Notes: generated by a model not told the origin, from the sequence alone. DNA of 64,000 nt from Acidobacteriota bacterium (GCA_965217775.1 CBDCJH010000002.1:4704001-4768000), one strand, 5' to 3'; positions 29,839 to 40,026 are shown, numbered from the stretch's first letter. Program-made: numbers and translations.

Positions 29839-31007
29839 TGCAGGTTCGAACGGGTCTTGACCTCTTACTCGACCAGCGGCTGGACCTGGTGGCCGGCAAG
29901 CGGGTCACCGTCATCGCCCACGCCGCCTCCGTGGACTTCCGCATCCGCAACATCGTCGACCTCTTCCGGCATCATCCCGAGATCGAGCTGGTTTCGGTCA
30001 TGGGCCCGCAGCACGGCATTTACGGAGAGACCCAGGACAACATGGTGGAGTGGGAGGGTTACCGGGACCCGGACACGAATCTCCCGTTTCACAGCCTTTA
30101 CGGAGAGACGCGGCGGCCCACCCGAACCATGTTGTCGGAAACCGACGTCCTGGTGTTCGACCTGCAGGACGTGGGCGCCCGTTACTACACCTTCATCCAC
30201 ACCCTGGCCCTGGTCCTGGAGGCCGCGGGCGAGTCGGGGAAGGAGGTCGTGGTCCTGGACCGTCCCAATCCCATCGGCGGCGGCCAGTTGGAGGGTCCGG
30301 TGCTGGATCCGGCCTTCCGGTCGTTCGTGGGGTTGTATCCACTGCCGATCCGGCACGGGATGACCATGGGAGAGATCGCCGGCTACCTGAACTCGGAGTT
30401 CGAGTTGGGATGCCCGCTCCGGGTGGTCCCGATGCAGGGTTGGAAACGGGAGATGTACTTCGAGGATACCGGCCTGCCCTGGGTCATGCCCTCACCCAAC
30501 ATGCCCTCGGTGGAGACGGCCCTGGTCTATCCGGGACTCTGCCTGCTGGAAGGGACCAACGTCTCGGAGGGGAGAGGGACCACGAGACCCTTCGAACTCT
30601 CGGGAGCTCCCTGGATTGCGGCTCCGGCACTGGTCGCCGAACTGGAATCGGCACGGCTTCCGGGAGTCCACTTTCGGCCCCTCTACTTCATTCCCACCTT
30701 TCACAAATGGGCCGGCGAACGGGTGGGGGGAATCCAGATCCACGTCACCGACAGGACCCGGTTCAAACCTTTTCTGACCGGGCTGGTTCTGGTGCGCCTG
30801 TATCGGGAGTTGAGCGACGGAAGGTTCGAGTGGAAGCCGCCGCCCTACGAATATGAGATGGAGAAGCTCGCCTTCGATATTCTCTGCGGCACCGATCGCC
30901 TCCGGCTTCAATTGGAAGGGGGAACTACGCTCCAGGATGCGGCCCGGGAATGGCAGCCCCAGCTCGAGGCCTTCGCAAGGGTGCGGCAGAAGTATCTGCT
31001 CTACTGA
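29838..31007 (+). CDS. namZ: Exo-beta-N-acetylmuramidase NamZ (DUF1343)
   Basis: PQHG, SLYG, FDLQDVGARYYT, LDRPNP, RHGMT, PSPNMP, SEGRGTTRPFE. Confidence 0.92.
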   Translation: MQVRTGLDLLLDQRLDLVAGKRVTVIAHAASVDFRIRNIVDLFRHHPEIELVSVMGPQHGIYGETQDNMVEWEGYRDPDTNLPFHSLYGETRRPTRTMLSETDVLVFDLQDVGARYYTFIHTLALVLEAAGESGKEVVVLDRPNPIGGGQLEGPVLDPAFRSFVGLYPLPIRHGMTMGEIAGYLNSEFELGCPLRVVPMQGWKREMYFEDTGLPWVMPSPNMPSVETALVYPGLCLLEGTNVSEGRGTTRPFELSGAPWIAAPALVAELESARLPGVHFRPLYFIPTFHKWAGERVGGIQIHVTDRTRFKPFLTGLVLVRLYRELSDGRFEWKPPPYEYEMEKLAFDILCGTDRLRLQLEGGTTLQDAAREWQPQLEAFARVRQKYLLY

Positions 31008-31032
31008 CATGGTGGCAGAAGAGGGGAAACGA

Positions 31033-31602
31033 ATGTCGGAGGAGAGGCGGCAACTGCCCACGGAGATCGAAGCCAAGGTTCCTCTCGACGTGGAGGAATT
31101 CGGGGGCTTGCGCTCCAGGGTGCGGGAGATCGGGGCCCGCCTCAGCCGGCCCCGCCTCCGGGAAGAGAACACCCTCTTCGACTTCCCCGACGGTAGATTG
31201 GAGAAGGCCGATTCCGCCCTTCGGGTCCGGTCCTTCGGTCAGGAATGCCTGCTGACCTACAAGGGAAAGAGCCGGGAGCACTCGTTTCTGAAACTGCGGG
31301 AAGAGATCGAGACCCGGGTGGAGGACGCCGCCGCCCTGGTCGAGCTGTTCGAAGCTCTGGGTCTTCGAAAGGCCTTTCACTACTGGAAGTATCGCGAGAT
31401 CTACGACCTGGAACTGCGCACCGGAGCCGTCACCATCGCGCTGGACGAGACTCCGATCGGCTTCTTCGCCGAGGTCGAAGGCCCGGAGGAATCGATTCAG
31501 GCGGTGGTCGATCTCATGGGTTGGGACCCGGCGTCGTTCATTCGGGAGAGCTACCCCAAGTTGTATCGGGAGCACGGCCTCGGGTCCCCGGGAGTGGAAT
31601 GA
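31033..31602 (+). CDS. CYTH domain / class IV adenylate cyclase-like protein
   Basis: EIEAK, LRVR, LTYKG, REEIET, DETPIG..EVEG. Confidence 0.88.
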   Translation: MSEERRQLPTEIEAKVPLDVEEFGGLRSRVREIGARLSRPRLREENTLFDFPDGRLEKADSALRVRSFGQECLLTYKGKSREHSFLKLREEIETRVEDAAALVELFEALGLRKAFHYWKYREIYDLELRTGAVTIALDETPIGFFAEVEGPEESIQAVVDLMGWDPASFIRESYPKLYREHGLGSPGVE

Positions 31603-32609
31603 AGGGAATGATTCTGGCGGCCGGGCTGGGCAGCCGCCTGCGACCCCTGACCTGGATCCGGGCCAAGCCGGCGGTACCCCTCCTGAACCGTCCCCTGATC
31701 CGCTACGCCTTCGACCTGCTGGATTCGCTGCGGATCCGGGAGGTGGTGGTGAACCTGCACCACTTGCGCGGGTCGGTGACCCGGGCTCTGGAAGGGGTGA
31801 CGCCCACGGTGCGTTTCTCACCGGAACCGGAGATCCTGGGCACGGCCGGAGCCGTGGGGCAGGTCCGGGACTTCTGGGGGCCGGAACCCTTTGTGGTCTG
31901 CAACGGGAAGATCTATTTCGAACAGCGTCTGGGTCCGGTGCTGGCCGCCCACCAGGAGAGCCGGGCATTGGCGACCCTGGTCCTGGTGCCGCGGAAACCG
32001 GAAGATCCCTTCCGGCCGGTCTTCCTGGACCAGGACGGGCGGGTTCGAGCCTTCGGCCAGGATCTGCCCGGGCGGCCGAGCGGGTCCGGGTACGTGTTCA
32101 CCGGCGTCCAGATCCTCTCCGCCGCCGTCCTGGACCTGATTCCGGAGGGCCCCTCGGACCTGGTCAAGCACATCTACGAACCGCTGGTGGCCCAGCGCGG
32201 CCCGGTCATGGGTTTCGTCAGCCGGGCCCATTGGTTCGAGTGCAGCACCCCCGAACGGTACCTGGAAAAGTCCCTGGGGCTGCTTGCGCGAAGAGGTCTG
32301 AACGCTCTGCCGGAGGGTTCGGGTGGTAAGGATTGCCGGAGCGTGGTTCTGGGGCGCGACGCCCGGGTCCCGGAGGGGACCTCGCTCGAGCGCTGTGTGG
32401 TCTGGGACGGCGCCGCCCTGGGCGCGCGTTGCCGGCTGCGAGACTCCATCGTGGCCGGTGAGGTGGAGATTCCGGCCGGGACCCGGCTCTCCCGCGTGGT
32501 CGTCACTCCTCCCTTCCCAGAAACGCTGCGACCCACCGGTGAGGCGCAGCCGGGTTACTGGACCTGGCCCCTGGAAGGACGCCGGCCGGGAAAGGAAAAT
32601 ACCCGATAG
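31599..32609 (+). CDS. Sugar-phosphate nucleotidyltransferase (MurU-like)
   Basis: MILAAGLGSRLRPLT..AKP, EPEILGTAG, C-terminal beta-helix-like region; adjacent to AmgK-like kinase. Confidence 0.85.
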   Translation: MKGMILAAGLGSRLRPLTWIRAKPAVPLLNRPLIRYAFDLLDSLRIREVVVNLHHLRGSVTRALEGVTPTVRFSPEPEILGTAGAVGQVRDFWGPEPFVVCNGKIYFEQRLGPVLAAHQESRALATLVLVPRKPEDPFRPVFLDQDGRVRAFGQDLPGRPSGSGYVFTGVQILSAAVLDLIPEGPSDLVKHIYEPLVAQRGPVMGFVSRAHWFECSTPERYLEKSLGLLARRGLNALPEGSGGKDCRSVVLGRDARVPEGTSLERCVVWDGAALGARCRLRDSIVAGEVEIPAGTRLSRVVVTPPFPETLRPTGEAQPGYWTWPLEGRRPGKENTR

Positions 32610-32644
32610 AGGGCCACCCCGCTGCGGTAGAGTGGGCGTGAGCC

Positions 32645-33637
32645 ATGTACCTCGACGAGCGGATCCAGCGGTTTCTGGAAAAGGAGCTTCCCGGCGCCAG
32701 GGGGATCCGGAAACTGAAAGGAGACGCCTCCACCCGCGAATACTTCAGATGCGGGGTCTCGGAATCGGAGACCGCGATCCTGACCCTGTACCCGGAACCC
32801 TTCGATCCGGCCGAATCGACTTATGTTCAGGTTTATCGACTGCTCGACCGAATCGGCTTGCCGATTCCGCGGATCTATGCCGTGGACGGGGATCTGGGTG
32901 TGGTGCTGCAGGAAGACCTCGGGGACATGACCCTGGAACGGCGCCTGTGCGGGGCGGGAAACCGGGAGCGGAAACGGCTGCTGGGTCAGGCCGCCGAGCA
33001 CCTGATCGTCCTCCAGCGAGAGGGACCCCAGGCGGCGGACCCGGGCTGGCCGGTGCTGCAATTGGCCTTCGACCTGGAGAAACTGACCTGGGAGCTCCAG
33101 TTCTTCCGGCGCCACTATCTGGAAGGGTACTCCTCCCTCCGCGTGGAGGGTGAGAGGCTCGCTTCGGAGTTCCTGGCGCTCTGCAGCGAGCTTTCCGAGG
33201 CCGAGCGATTCGTCTGCCACCGGGACTACCAGGTCCGGAACCTGATGCTGAAGGAGGGACGGGTCTACATGATCGACTTCCAGGACGCCCGCCTCGGACC
33301 CCAGGCTTATGACTTGGTGTCGCTGCTGATGGATTCCATCGATCTGACTCCAGGTGAGGTCGAGGAGCTCGTGGACTTCTACCTGCAGCGGGGAGCCCCG
33401 GCGGTGGACGCCCGCCGGTTTCGACGCCAGTTCCATCTCACGGCTATTCAGAGACTTCTGAAGGCGTTGGGCACCTTCGGGTACCAGGCTGGAGTACTGG
33501 GGAGGGAGTCGTACCGGGCCTACATTCCGGGAACCCTGGAGCGGGTCGCCGCCGCCTTGAAGACGATTCCCGAGTTCCCCTATATTCGTGGTCTGGTCGA
33601 GGCGCAGGTGGCTGCGGCAGGGCGGGTTTCATGCTGA
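32645..33637 (+). CDS. Anomeric MurNAc/GlcNAc kinase-like phosphotransferase (AmgK-like)
   Basis: [43 protein letters not shown]. Confidence 0.87.
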   Translation: MYLDERIQRFLEKELPGARGIRKLKGDASTREYFRCGVSESETAILTLYPEPFDPAESTYVQVYRLLDRIGLPIPRIYAVDGDLGVVLQEDLGDMTLERRLCGAGNRERKRLLGQAAEHLIVLQREGPQAADPGWPVLQLAFDLEKLTWELQFFRRHYLEGYSSLRVEGERLASEFLALCSELSEAERFVCHRDYQVRNLMLKEGRVYMIDFQDARLGPQAYDLVSLLMDSIDLTPGEVEELVDFYLQRGAPAVDARRFRRQFHLTAIQRLLKALGTFGYQAGVLGRESYRAYIPGTLERVAAALKTIPEFPYIRGLVEAQVAAAGRVSC

Positions 33638-34926
33638 CCCAGGTCTACATTCGAGATGTCCCGGCCCACGTGGGACGCGAGATCAGCATCAGGGGTTGGC
33701 TCTACAACAAGACCCACAAGGGACGATTGTGGTTCCTCCTGGTCCGTGACGGGACCGGTGTGATCCAGTCGGTCCTGTTCAAGGGGAACGTCGCCCCCGG
33801 CGTTTTCGAAGCCGCCGAGGCGCTGACTCAGGAATCCTCCCTCCGGATTACCGGGACCGTCCGGCGGGACAAGCGGGCTCCCGGCGGCTACGAATTGGAC
33901 GCCAGGGCCATGGAGGTGGTGCAGATCGCGGAAAGCTACCCCATCACTCCCAAGGAGCACGGAACCTCCTTTCTCATGGATCACCGCCATCTCTGGCTGA
34001 GGTCGTCGCGGCAGCACGCGATCCTGCGGCTTCGGCATCAGTTGATCAAGGCCGCTCGCGACTTCTTCGACGGGCGGGGATTCGTGCTGGTGGACACGCC
34101 GATCCTGACCCCGGTGGCGTGCGAAGGGACGACGAATCTCTTCCCGGTGAAGTACTTCGACACGCCGGCCTATCTGAGCCAGAGCGGACAACTGTACAGC
34201 GAGGCCTCCTGCATGGCCTTCGGCAAGGTCTACTGCTTCGGCCCCACCTTCCGCGCCGAGAAATCCAAGACCCGCCGGCACCTGATGGAGTTCTGGATGG
34301 TGGAGCCGGAAGTGGCCTACGCCGATCTGGACGACATCATGGTCCTGGCCGAGGAGTTCGTCTCCTACCTGGTGGCCGAAGCCCTGCGGGAAGGCGAGGA
34401 GGAACTGTCGATCCTGGGACGGGACACCGGACCGCTGGAGAAGGTGACACCTCCGTTTCCCAGGCTCACTTATGCCGAAGCCTTCGATCTGCTGGAGCAG
34501 GAGGGCAGCGAGACGCCTCGGGGAGCGGACCTGGGAGGAACCGACGAGACCATCGTCTCATCCCGGTTCGACCGGCCGGTCATGGTTCACCGCTATCCCG
34601 CGGCCGTCAAGGGCTTCTACATGGAGCCGGATCCGGAGAACCCGGACCTGGCCCTCTGCATGGACATGCTGGCGCCGGAGGGATACGGCGAGATCATCGG
34701 GGGAAGCCAGCGGATCCACGACTACGATCTCCTGATGGAACGGGTGCGGGAGCACGATCTTCCCGCCGAGCCTCTCTCCTGGTACCTGGATTTGCGGAAG
34801 TACGGCAGCGTGCCCCACTCCGGTTTCGGCCTGGGAATCGAACGCGTCCTCTCCTGGGTCTGCGGGATCCCCCACGTCCGGGAGACCATTCCCTTTCCCA
34901 GGATGCTCCACCGGCTGTTCCCTTGA
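33631..34926 (+). CDS. asnS: Asparagine--tRNA ligase
   Basis: [42 protein letters not shown]. Confidence 0.96.
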   Translation: MLTQVYIRDVPAHVGREISIRGWLYNKTHKGRLWFLLVRDGTGVIQSVLFKGNVAPGVFEAAEALTQESSLRITGTVRRDKRAPGGYELDARAMEVVQIAESYPITPKEHGTSFLMDHRHLWLRSSRQHAILRLRHQLIKAARDFFDGRGFVLVDTPILTPVACEGTTNLFPVKYFDTPAYLSQSGQLYSEASCMAFGKVYCFGPTFRAEKSKTRRHLMEFWMVEPEVAYADLDDIMVLAEEFVSYLVAEALREGEEELSILGRDTGPLEKVTPPFPRLTYAEAFDLLEQEGSETPRGADLGGTDETIVSSRFDRPVMVHRYPAAVKGFYMEPDPENPDLALCMDMLAPEGYGEIIGGSQRIHDYDLLMERVREHDLPAEPLSWYLDLRKYGSVPHSGFGLGIERVLSWVCGIPHVRETIPFPRMLHRLFP

Positions 34927-34951
34927 CGGACGGCGGTGAATGGAGACCTGG

Positions 34952-35110
34952 GAGTCTGCGCGGTAGGAATGATCGTAGCGAGAAAGCGGGGAATCGAGGC
35001 CGGATTTTCTCGATTTTGAGGTGCATAGTTGTTCTATTCGCCGAGAAATCGAGGAAATATGGACCGATTCTACCGCTTTCGCAGTAGATCAATTCCTGCC
35101 GCGCAGGCTC
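34952..35110 (+). mobile_element. MITE family C / rod-shaped palindromic element (159 bp, CTGG duplication)
   Basis: CTGG|GAGTCTGCGCGGTAGGAAT ... ATTCCTGCCGCGCAGGCTC|CTGG; interior also self-complementary. Confidence 0.72.
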
Positions 35111-35151
35111 CTGGGTCCGCAATTGGTATGATTCATCCCCAGAGGGAGCCC

Positions 35152-36090
35152 ATGGAGACCCGTTTGCTGGACGGCAAGAAGATCGCCGCCCAGGTCAAGA
35201 GTGAATTGTCGCAAGAGATCCGGAAGCTGAGGGCGGAAGACGTGATTCCGGGTCTGGCCACGGTCCTGGTGGGAGAGAACCCGGCCTCGCGCTTCTATGT
35301 GGCCAGCAAGATCCGGGCCTGCCGCGAGTTGGGAATGCATTCGGAAGCGGTGGAGCTCCCGGCGGAGGCCACCACCGGGGAACTGCTGGCGGTCGTCCAC
35401 AGCCTCAACGAATCGGACCGGATCGACGCCATCCTGGTTCAGATGCCCCTGCCTTCCCACATCGACACCCAGCGGACGCTGCTGGCGGTTCGGCCCGACA
35501 AGGACGTGGACGGGTTCCACCCGGTGAACACGGGGAGACTCTGCGCCGGCAATCCGGGTCTGGTGCCCTGTACGCCGCAGGGAATCATGGAACTGCTGTT
35601 CCGCGAGGGGATTCCGCTCCGGGGGGCCGAGGCGGTGGTGGTGGGAAGAAGCAACATCGTGGGCAAGCCCATGTTTTTTCTGCTGCTGCAGGAGCACGCC
35701 ACGGTGACCGTCTGTCACTCCCGCACCCGGGACCTGCCCCGGGTCTGCCGCCGCGCCGACATTCTGATCGCCGCGGTGGGCCGGCCGGCTCTGGTCACGC
35801 GGGACTACATCAAGAGGGGCGCCGTCGTGGTCGACGTGGGGGTCAACCTGCTCCGGGACCGGAAAGAGGTGCTGCGCCTGTTCGGCGACGGGTCGCGCAA
35901 GTTGGCGGCGTTCGACAAGAGGGGCTCGGTGCTGGTGGGTGACGTCCATCCCCAGGCCTCGCCGGGATGGGCGGCGGCGGTGACGCCGGTGCCGGGCGGA
36001 GTCGGCCCCTTGACCATCGCGCTCCTGATGAGAAATACGGTTCGAGCCTGCCGGCAAAGACGGGGGAGAGTCGGCGCGTTGTCGCAATAG
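35152..36090 (+). CDS. folD: Methylenetetrahydrofolate dehydrogenase/cyclohydrolase
   Basis: KDVDGFHP, PCTP, GRSNIVGKP, TPVPGGVGPLT. Confidence 0.96.
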   Translation: METRLLDGKKIAAQVKSELSQEIRKLRAEDVIPGLATVLVGENPASRFYVASKIRACRELGMHSEAVELPAEATTGELLAVVHSLNESDRIDAILVQMPLPSHIDTQRTLLAVRPDKDVDGFHPVNTGRLCAGNPGLVPCTPQGIMELLFREGIPLRGAEAVVVGRSNIVGKPMFFLLLQEHATVTVCHSRTRDLPRVCRRADILIAAVGRPALVTRDYIKRGAVVVDVGVNLLRDRKEVLRLFGDGSRKLAAFDKRGSVLVGDVHPQASPGWAAAVTPVPGGVGPLTIALLMRNTVRACRQRRGRVGALSQ

Positions 36091-36104
36091 ATCCTGGGGG
36101 GACC

Positions 36105-37076
36105 ATGAACGAGATCAGAAAAACCAACAGACTGTGGGTCGCCGCCGGGTGCCTGCTGCTACTGGCCGCTTCGTCGGTTCAGGTGAACCAGGTCAAGAAG
36201 GTCAAAGTGGGCAAGGCTCCCAACTTCTCCACTCTGGGCCCGGACGGGCGCTATCTGTTCGTGACCAACTTCGCCTCGGACGAGGTCTCGATCGTCAACT
36301 GCGCTACCCACGAAACGGAAAAGAGCTTCTACGCCGGCTTCAAGCCGCTGGGAATCGCGATTTCGCCCAGCGGAGACCGGATCTACGTCACCAACTTCCA
36401 GTCCGGTCTGGTCAAGGTAGTGGACGGAAGGACCTACCGGATCATCGACGACGTCAAGGTGGGCGGAATGCCCACCGACGTGGTGGTGTCTCCCCGGGGG
36501 CACACCATCTACGTGGCCAATTACGGCCGGGGCCGAGTCGGACGCGTCGATTTCATCGATACGGCTTCCCACCGGGTCACCAAGTCGGTGGAAGTGGGCG
36601 TCCGGCCGCTGGTGGCCGCCATCTCGCCCTTGGGCGAGCAGTTGTACGTTCCGTGTGCCGGCTCCAATGACCTCTATGTGATCGATGCCAACGAAGGACG
36701 CGTGATCAAGGAGATCCCGGTCGGGATCGGTCCCGACGGCATCGCCTTGACTCCCGACGGCGAACGGTTGCTGGTGGCCAACAGCGGGACCAACGACCTC
36801 TCGGTGGTGGACCTGCTCGACATCGAGGAGACACGCCGGGTTCGGGTGGGCGAGCAACCCTTCGCCCTCACCGTGAACGACCAGGGCTACGTCTTCGTGG
36901 TGGAGAGCGGGAGCCGCACGGTATCGATTCTGAGTCCCGAGCTGAAAAAGGTCCGGACCATCGAAGTCGGCAAGAAACCCATCGACATTCAGGTTTCGCC
37001 CGACAGCCGCTTCGTCTACGTCACGGACGAGAAGGAGAATCGGGTCATGGTGCTGAGGATCTTGGGACTGGGTTGA
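36105..37076 (+). CDS. YncE/YVTN-type beta-propeller secreted protein
   Basis: Signal peptide; repeated VG..P...SPDG..LYVTN blades. Confidence 0.85.
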   Translation: MNEIRKTNRLWVAAGCLLLLAASSVQVNQVKKVKVGKAPNFSTLGPDGRYLFVTNFASDEVSIVNCATHETEKSFYAGFKPLGIAISPSGDRIYVTNFQSGLVKVVDGRTYRIIDDVKVGGMPTDVVVSPRGHTIYVANYGRGRVGRVDFIDTASHRVTKSVEVGVRPLVAAISPLGEQLYVPCAGSNDLYVIDANEGRVIKEIPVGIGPDGIALTPDGERLLVANSGTNDLSVVDLLDIEETRRVRVGEQPFALTVNDQGYVFVVESGSRTVSILSPELKKVRTIEVGKKPIDIQVSPDSRFVYVTDEKENRVMVLRILGLG

Positions 37077-37264
37077 CTTCCGACTCGTCTCGAGTGACGC
37101 ACGCCGCCGGCGGAGTCTGCGCCTTCACCCGGTTTTTGAGACTACGCCGGATCAATGACGGAAAGGGACAGTCTCGATTCCGGTGCTCTCCTTCCACGAT
37201 TCCCCAGTTTCGATTCCCCGATCCATGTGTGCCACGGCAGCGAAAAAGCGTACCGGTACAAGCC

Positions 37265-37501
37265 TCATCGGAGACGGCGCCGATTCGAATTGGCCGATGC
37301 CACACGGGTGCGACCGTGGAGTGGAGTGCGGTTCAGCCGCCATGGTGAGGCTAAGTTGTAGCTTGGTTTTATTTCTACCCCGAGTCTATTGAGATCCTTC
37401 TCCAGCCGTTCATGCGCGGCGACAACGCTAGTATCGATCTTCGCATTCCGACTGAGCGTTTCTTCTCGATTCGGGAGCGAAATAGAGTGTTTGGTGCTCA
37501 T
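37265..37501 (-). CDS. Small hypothetical protein downstream of the SDH protease
   Basis: ATG 1 nt after the SDH stop; same low-GC composition. Confidence 0.55.
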   Translation of the reverse strand: MSTKHSISLPNREETLSRNAKIDTSVVAAHERLEKDLNRLGVEIKPSYNLASPWRLNRTPLHGRTRVASANSNRRRLR

Positions 37502-37502
37502 C

Positions 37503-38513
37503 TCAAAAGAACCCCCTTGAGTGGATGAAGGACATTAGTCGCTGCCGAACCATGTAGTCCCGCAACAGTTCAAAATAGGTTCTAACATTTCTATGCAGAG
37601 TTGGCAGGTTCGCGAGATTTTCGATTTTGACGCCAACTTCGTCACGCAGCGTGTTCATGTCTATTCCACGCGCGTGCGAATGCCACCGCTCAGTGTCGTT
37701 GAGCAGGGTTGCGATTTCTTGTGCCCGTCGCTCTCTCAACTCCTGGGTCACCTCCACACCTCTCGTCTCAGTATGGGTCCACCCCTTGAATTTGTATTGC
37801 GACAACCAATTGACGAGTAGCTCTATAGACAGTTCCCGGGCCTGTTCGAATTGGTATAGCTCACCAAGGTCGAGTTTACTGAGAAGCGCGTACTCGGCTG
37901 AAGTGAGTTCTCCGTCTTCTGCCTTCTGGTTTAGGCGCTCGTACTGATTCAGGTAAGAAAGGGCTGGCACCAGATCGTCGCCTTTCTCGAACTGGGGATC
38001 AACAGGTCCCAGCCGCGAGAAATAGTCCATCATAATCCGATCAGCACTCAGAGCGAATATCGTACCCGCTGACATCGCCCGGTCCGGTACTATGACGAGC
38101 ATCTCGTCATAGTTGAAACGAATCGCATCCACCATCCTTTCCACAACCTCGGCCACTCCTCCAGGAGTATGAAGGATCACCGCGACGGCTGGCTTCCTAC
38201 CAGCCCGTGGCAAAAGTCATCACGGCATTCGACCGTCCCTGCATCCCGGCGGACGGCGTTGCTATCGGCTCACATACTCCCGGTATGCACCCGAATCGCG
38301 CCTTGTCCGGCGGGCGCAGGAACGGTCTCGGTGCTCGCGGGACTTTCACCACGGACTGCTACAAGATTGCTCTTCTATCGCACGCCGGAGTGAACGATCG
38401 ACCCCCGGCAAAATCGGACTGACCACGGACACAACATCGGAATCCAACTCGGTACCGATGGCCTCGATGAGCGAGTCAAGCTGCTTTTTGATGTGAGTGT
38501 CAACCGGTTGCAT
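37503..38513 (-). pseudogene. SDH-family (ClpP-fold) serine protease disrupted by MITE A
   Basis: LHTPGG, AMSAGT, GPVDPQ, WHSH motifs; removing 38201-38358 plus one CTAC restores MQPVDTHIK...EQSCRKPAVAVILHTPGG. Confidence 0.88.
38201..38358 (-). mobile_element. MITE family A copy 2 (158 bp)
   Basis: Inverted copy with perfect CTAC duplication at 38197-38200 and 38359-38362. Confidence 0.93.
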
Positions 38514-38880
38514 CTAGCTTTAGCCGCTGCCTTTCATTGAAACAGCCCCGGGCCACAAGACAATTGGTGTCATCGTGAGAGGGGCGCCACCTCCACCTAC
38601 TGCACCTGCGGGAACGAAAAATAGACTGTCCCCTTCTTGTATGTCCGGCGGGGAGTCGATTCTCACCTCTGATGACAACAACGATTCAGAACTGAAAAAG
38701 GCGAAGGAAACTCAAGAAAATCGGCAAGCCTCCCATTTCCGGAAGCAACCGAAGAAACTCGACCAAGTGACCACCTTTGTCGTCTTGGCAGCCGAAGGAG
38801 CCGGCACTATTGTGGTCTGGTCTGTGCCTCCCGTACCGAAATGAAAAATAGACCGTCCCCTTTTTCCCGGGGAAACCGTT

Positions 38881-38967
38881 CGTAGGGGCGACCCTCGTGG
38901 TCGCCCTCGCCCGGGTCGGCAACCGAGGTTTGGACGAAAGAGGGCACCCACAAGGGGTGCCCCTACG
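38881..38967. repeat. GTAG-type REPIN (inverted REP doublet)
   Basis: CGTAGGGGCGACCCTCGTGGTCGCCCT ... AGGGCACCCACAAGGGGTGCCCCTACG. Confidence 0.85.
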
Positions 38968-39030
38968 TTTTTTCGTCCCGCGCTTTTTCACCCCGGGAAA
39001 ATAGACTGTCCCTTTCTGGCTCCGCTCAGG

Positions 39031-40026
39031 TCAATCCTTCCGCGCAACGGTGGCCGCCTCCAGTTCCGTTTCCTCCTGCTTGCGAATCGAGTAGTAGACG
39101 ATTCCCGGAAGGGACGACAACATCATCACCACGAAACCGAGCAGGGACAGAGTCACGGACATCTCGGCCGGAACTCCCGCCTGGGAGAAGAGCAGGTAGT
39201 AGGCACTCTCGCGGAGACCGATCCCGTTGATGGTGAGAGGCACCATGATGGTCAGGTTGATCAAGGGAACGAAGACCATGAAGAGAGAGAAGGGCGCTTC
39301 GATCCCGATGCCCTGGGCCGTCACCCAGACCACGGCCACCGCTCCGGCCTGGATGGGAAGCGACACCACGGCTACGGAGGCCATCTTGCCAGGATTCTGC
39401 TTCAGGGTGTCCAGGCCCTGGTAGACGAGCTCCATCTTCCGAGTCAGGGAATGGAAACCGAACCTCTGCAGCATGGAGGTCATCCGGCCGTGGGTCCAGG
39501 AGTGGAAGAGCATCACGTTGGCAACCGCATACACGGCGCACGCGGCGACGAATATGTGGAGGGAAGAAAGCCCGGCGATCTTCTGGGGGACGACGAGCGA
39601 GGCGGCGAGACCGATGAGCAACAGGCCGCAGAGGCCACCGCTACGTTCCAGCATGCTGGTGGTGAGGGTCGTGGACATGCCCCGGCCCGTGCCCTTGGAG
39701 AGATAGTAGGCGCGGAAGACGTCGCCGCCGATGGCCGACGGCAGGAACAGGTTGAAGAACGCGCCGATGAAGACGAGCTTGGTGAGCGGATACCAACACT
39801 GGTAGATGCTGAAGTTCTCGAGAACGATCCTCCAGCGGAGCGCGGAGAGCAGCAGCGTCAGGATCTGAATCGAAACCGCCAGCAGCAGGAATTCGGGACG
39901 GGCGCCGGCCACCACGCGGAGCAACTGGGACAGGTCCAGCCGGCTCAGGACCAGAATCAGAAAGGAGAAGCTCAGGATCAGCTTCAGGACGAGCTTGACC
40001 CGGGCCTGCGGCAACCAGGAATTCAC
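39031..40026 (-). CDS. Lysylphosphatidylglycerol synthase TM / flippase-like membrane protein
   Basis: [31 protein letters not shown]; GTG start overlapping secA stop. Confidence 0.85.
   Translation of the reverse strand: MNSWLPQARVKLVLKLILSFSFLILVLSRLDLSQLLRVVAGARPEFLLLAVSIQILTLLLSALRWRIVLENFSIYQCWYPLTKLVFIGAFFNLFLPSAIGGDVFRAYYLSKGTGRGMSTTLTTSMLERSGGLCGLLLIGLAASLVVPQKIAGLSSLHIFVAACAVYAVANVMLFHSWTHGRMTSMLQRFGFHSLTRKMELVYQGLDTLKQNPGKMASVAVVSLPIQAGAVAVVWVTAQGIGIEAPFSLFMVFVPLINLTIMVPLTINGIGLRESAYYLLFSQAGVPAEMSVTLSLLGFVVMMLSSLPGIVYYSIRKQEETELEAATVARKD

Larger units (their letters stand above)
37161..39016. mobile_element. Putative low-GC islet bounded by GGGACAGTCT motifs
   Basis: 14-bp perfect inverted ends GAAAGGGACAGTCT (37161-74 / 39003-16); related motifs at 38616-36 and 38843-63; visibly lower GC inside. 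Confidence 0.5.

Noticed and set aside
34945-35117. 6S RNA call
   Set aside because: No large central bubble is evident, and a 4-bp direct repeat bounds the rod; not called without an Rfam search.
38201-38358. Stop read-through or selenocysteine rescuing the SDH gene, since the insertion keeps the frame
   Set aside because: Four in-frame stops of two types (TGA, TAG, TGA, TGA) lie inside the element.
38641-38844. 67-aa ORF between two GGGACAG motifs as a gene
   Set aside because: No RBS or recognisable motif; kept only as part of the islet finding.
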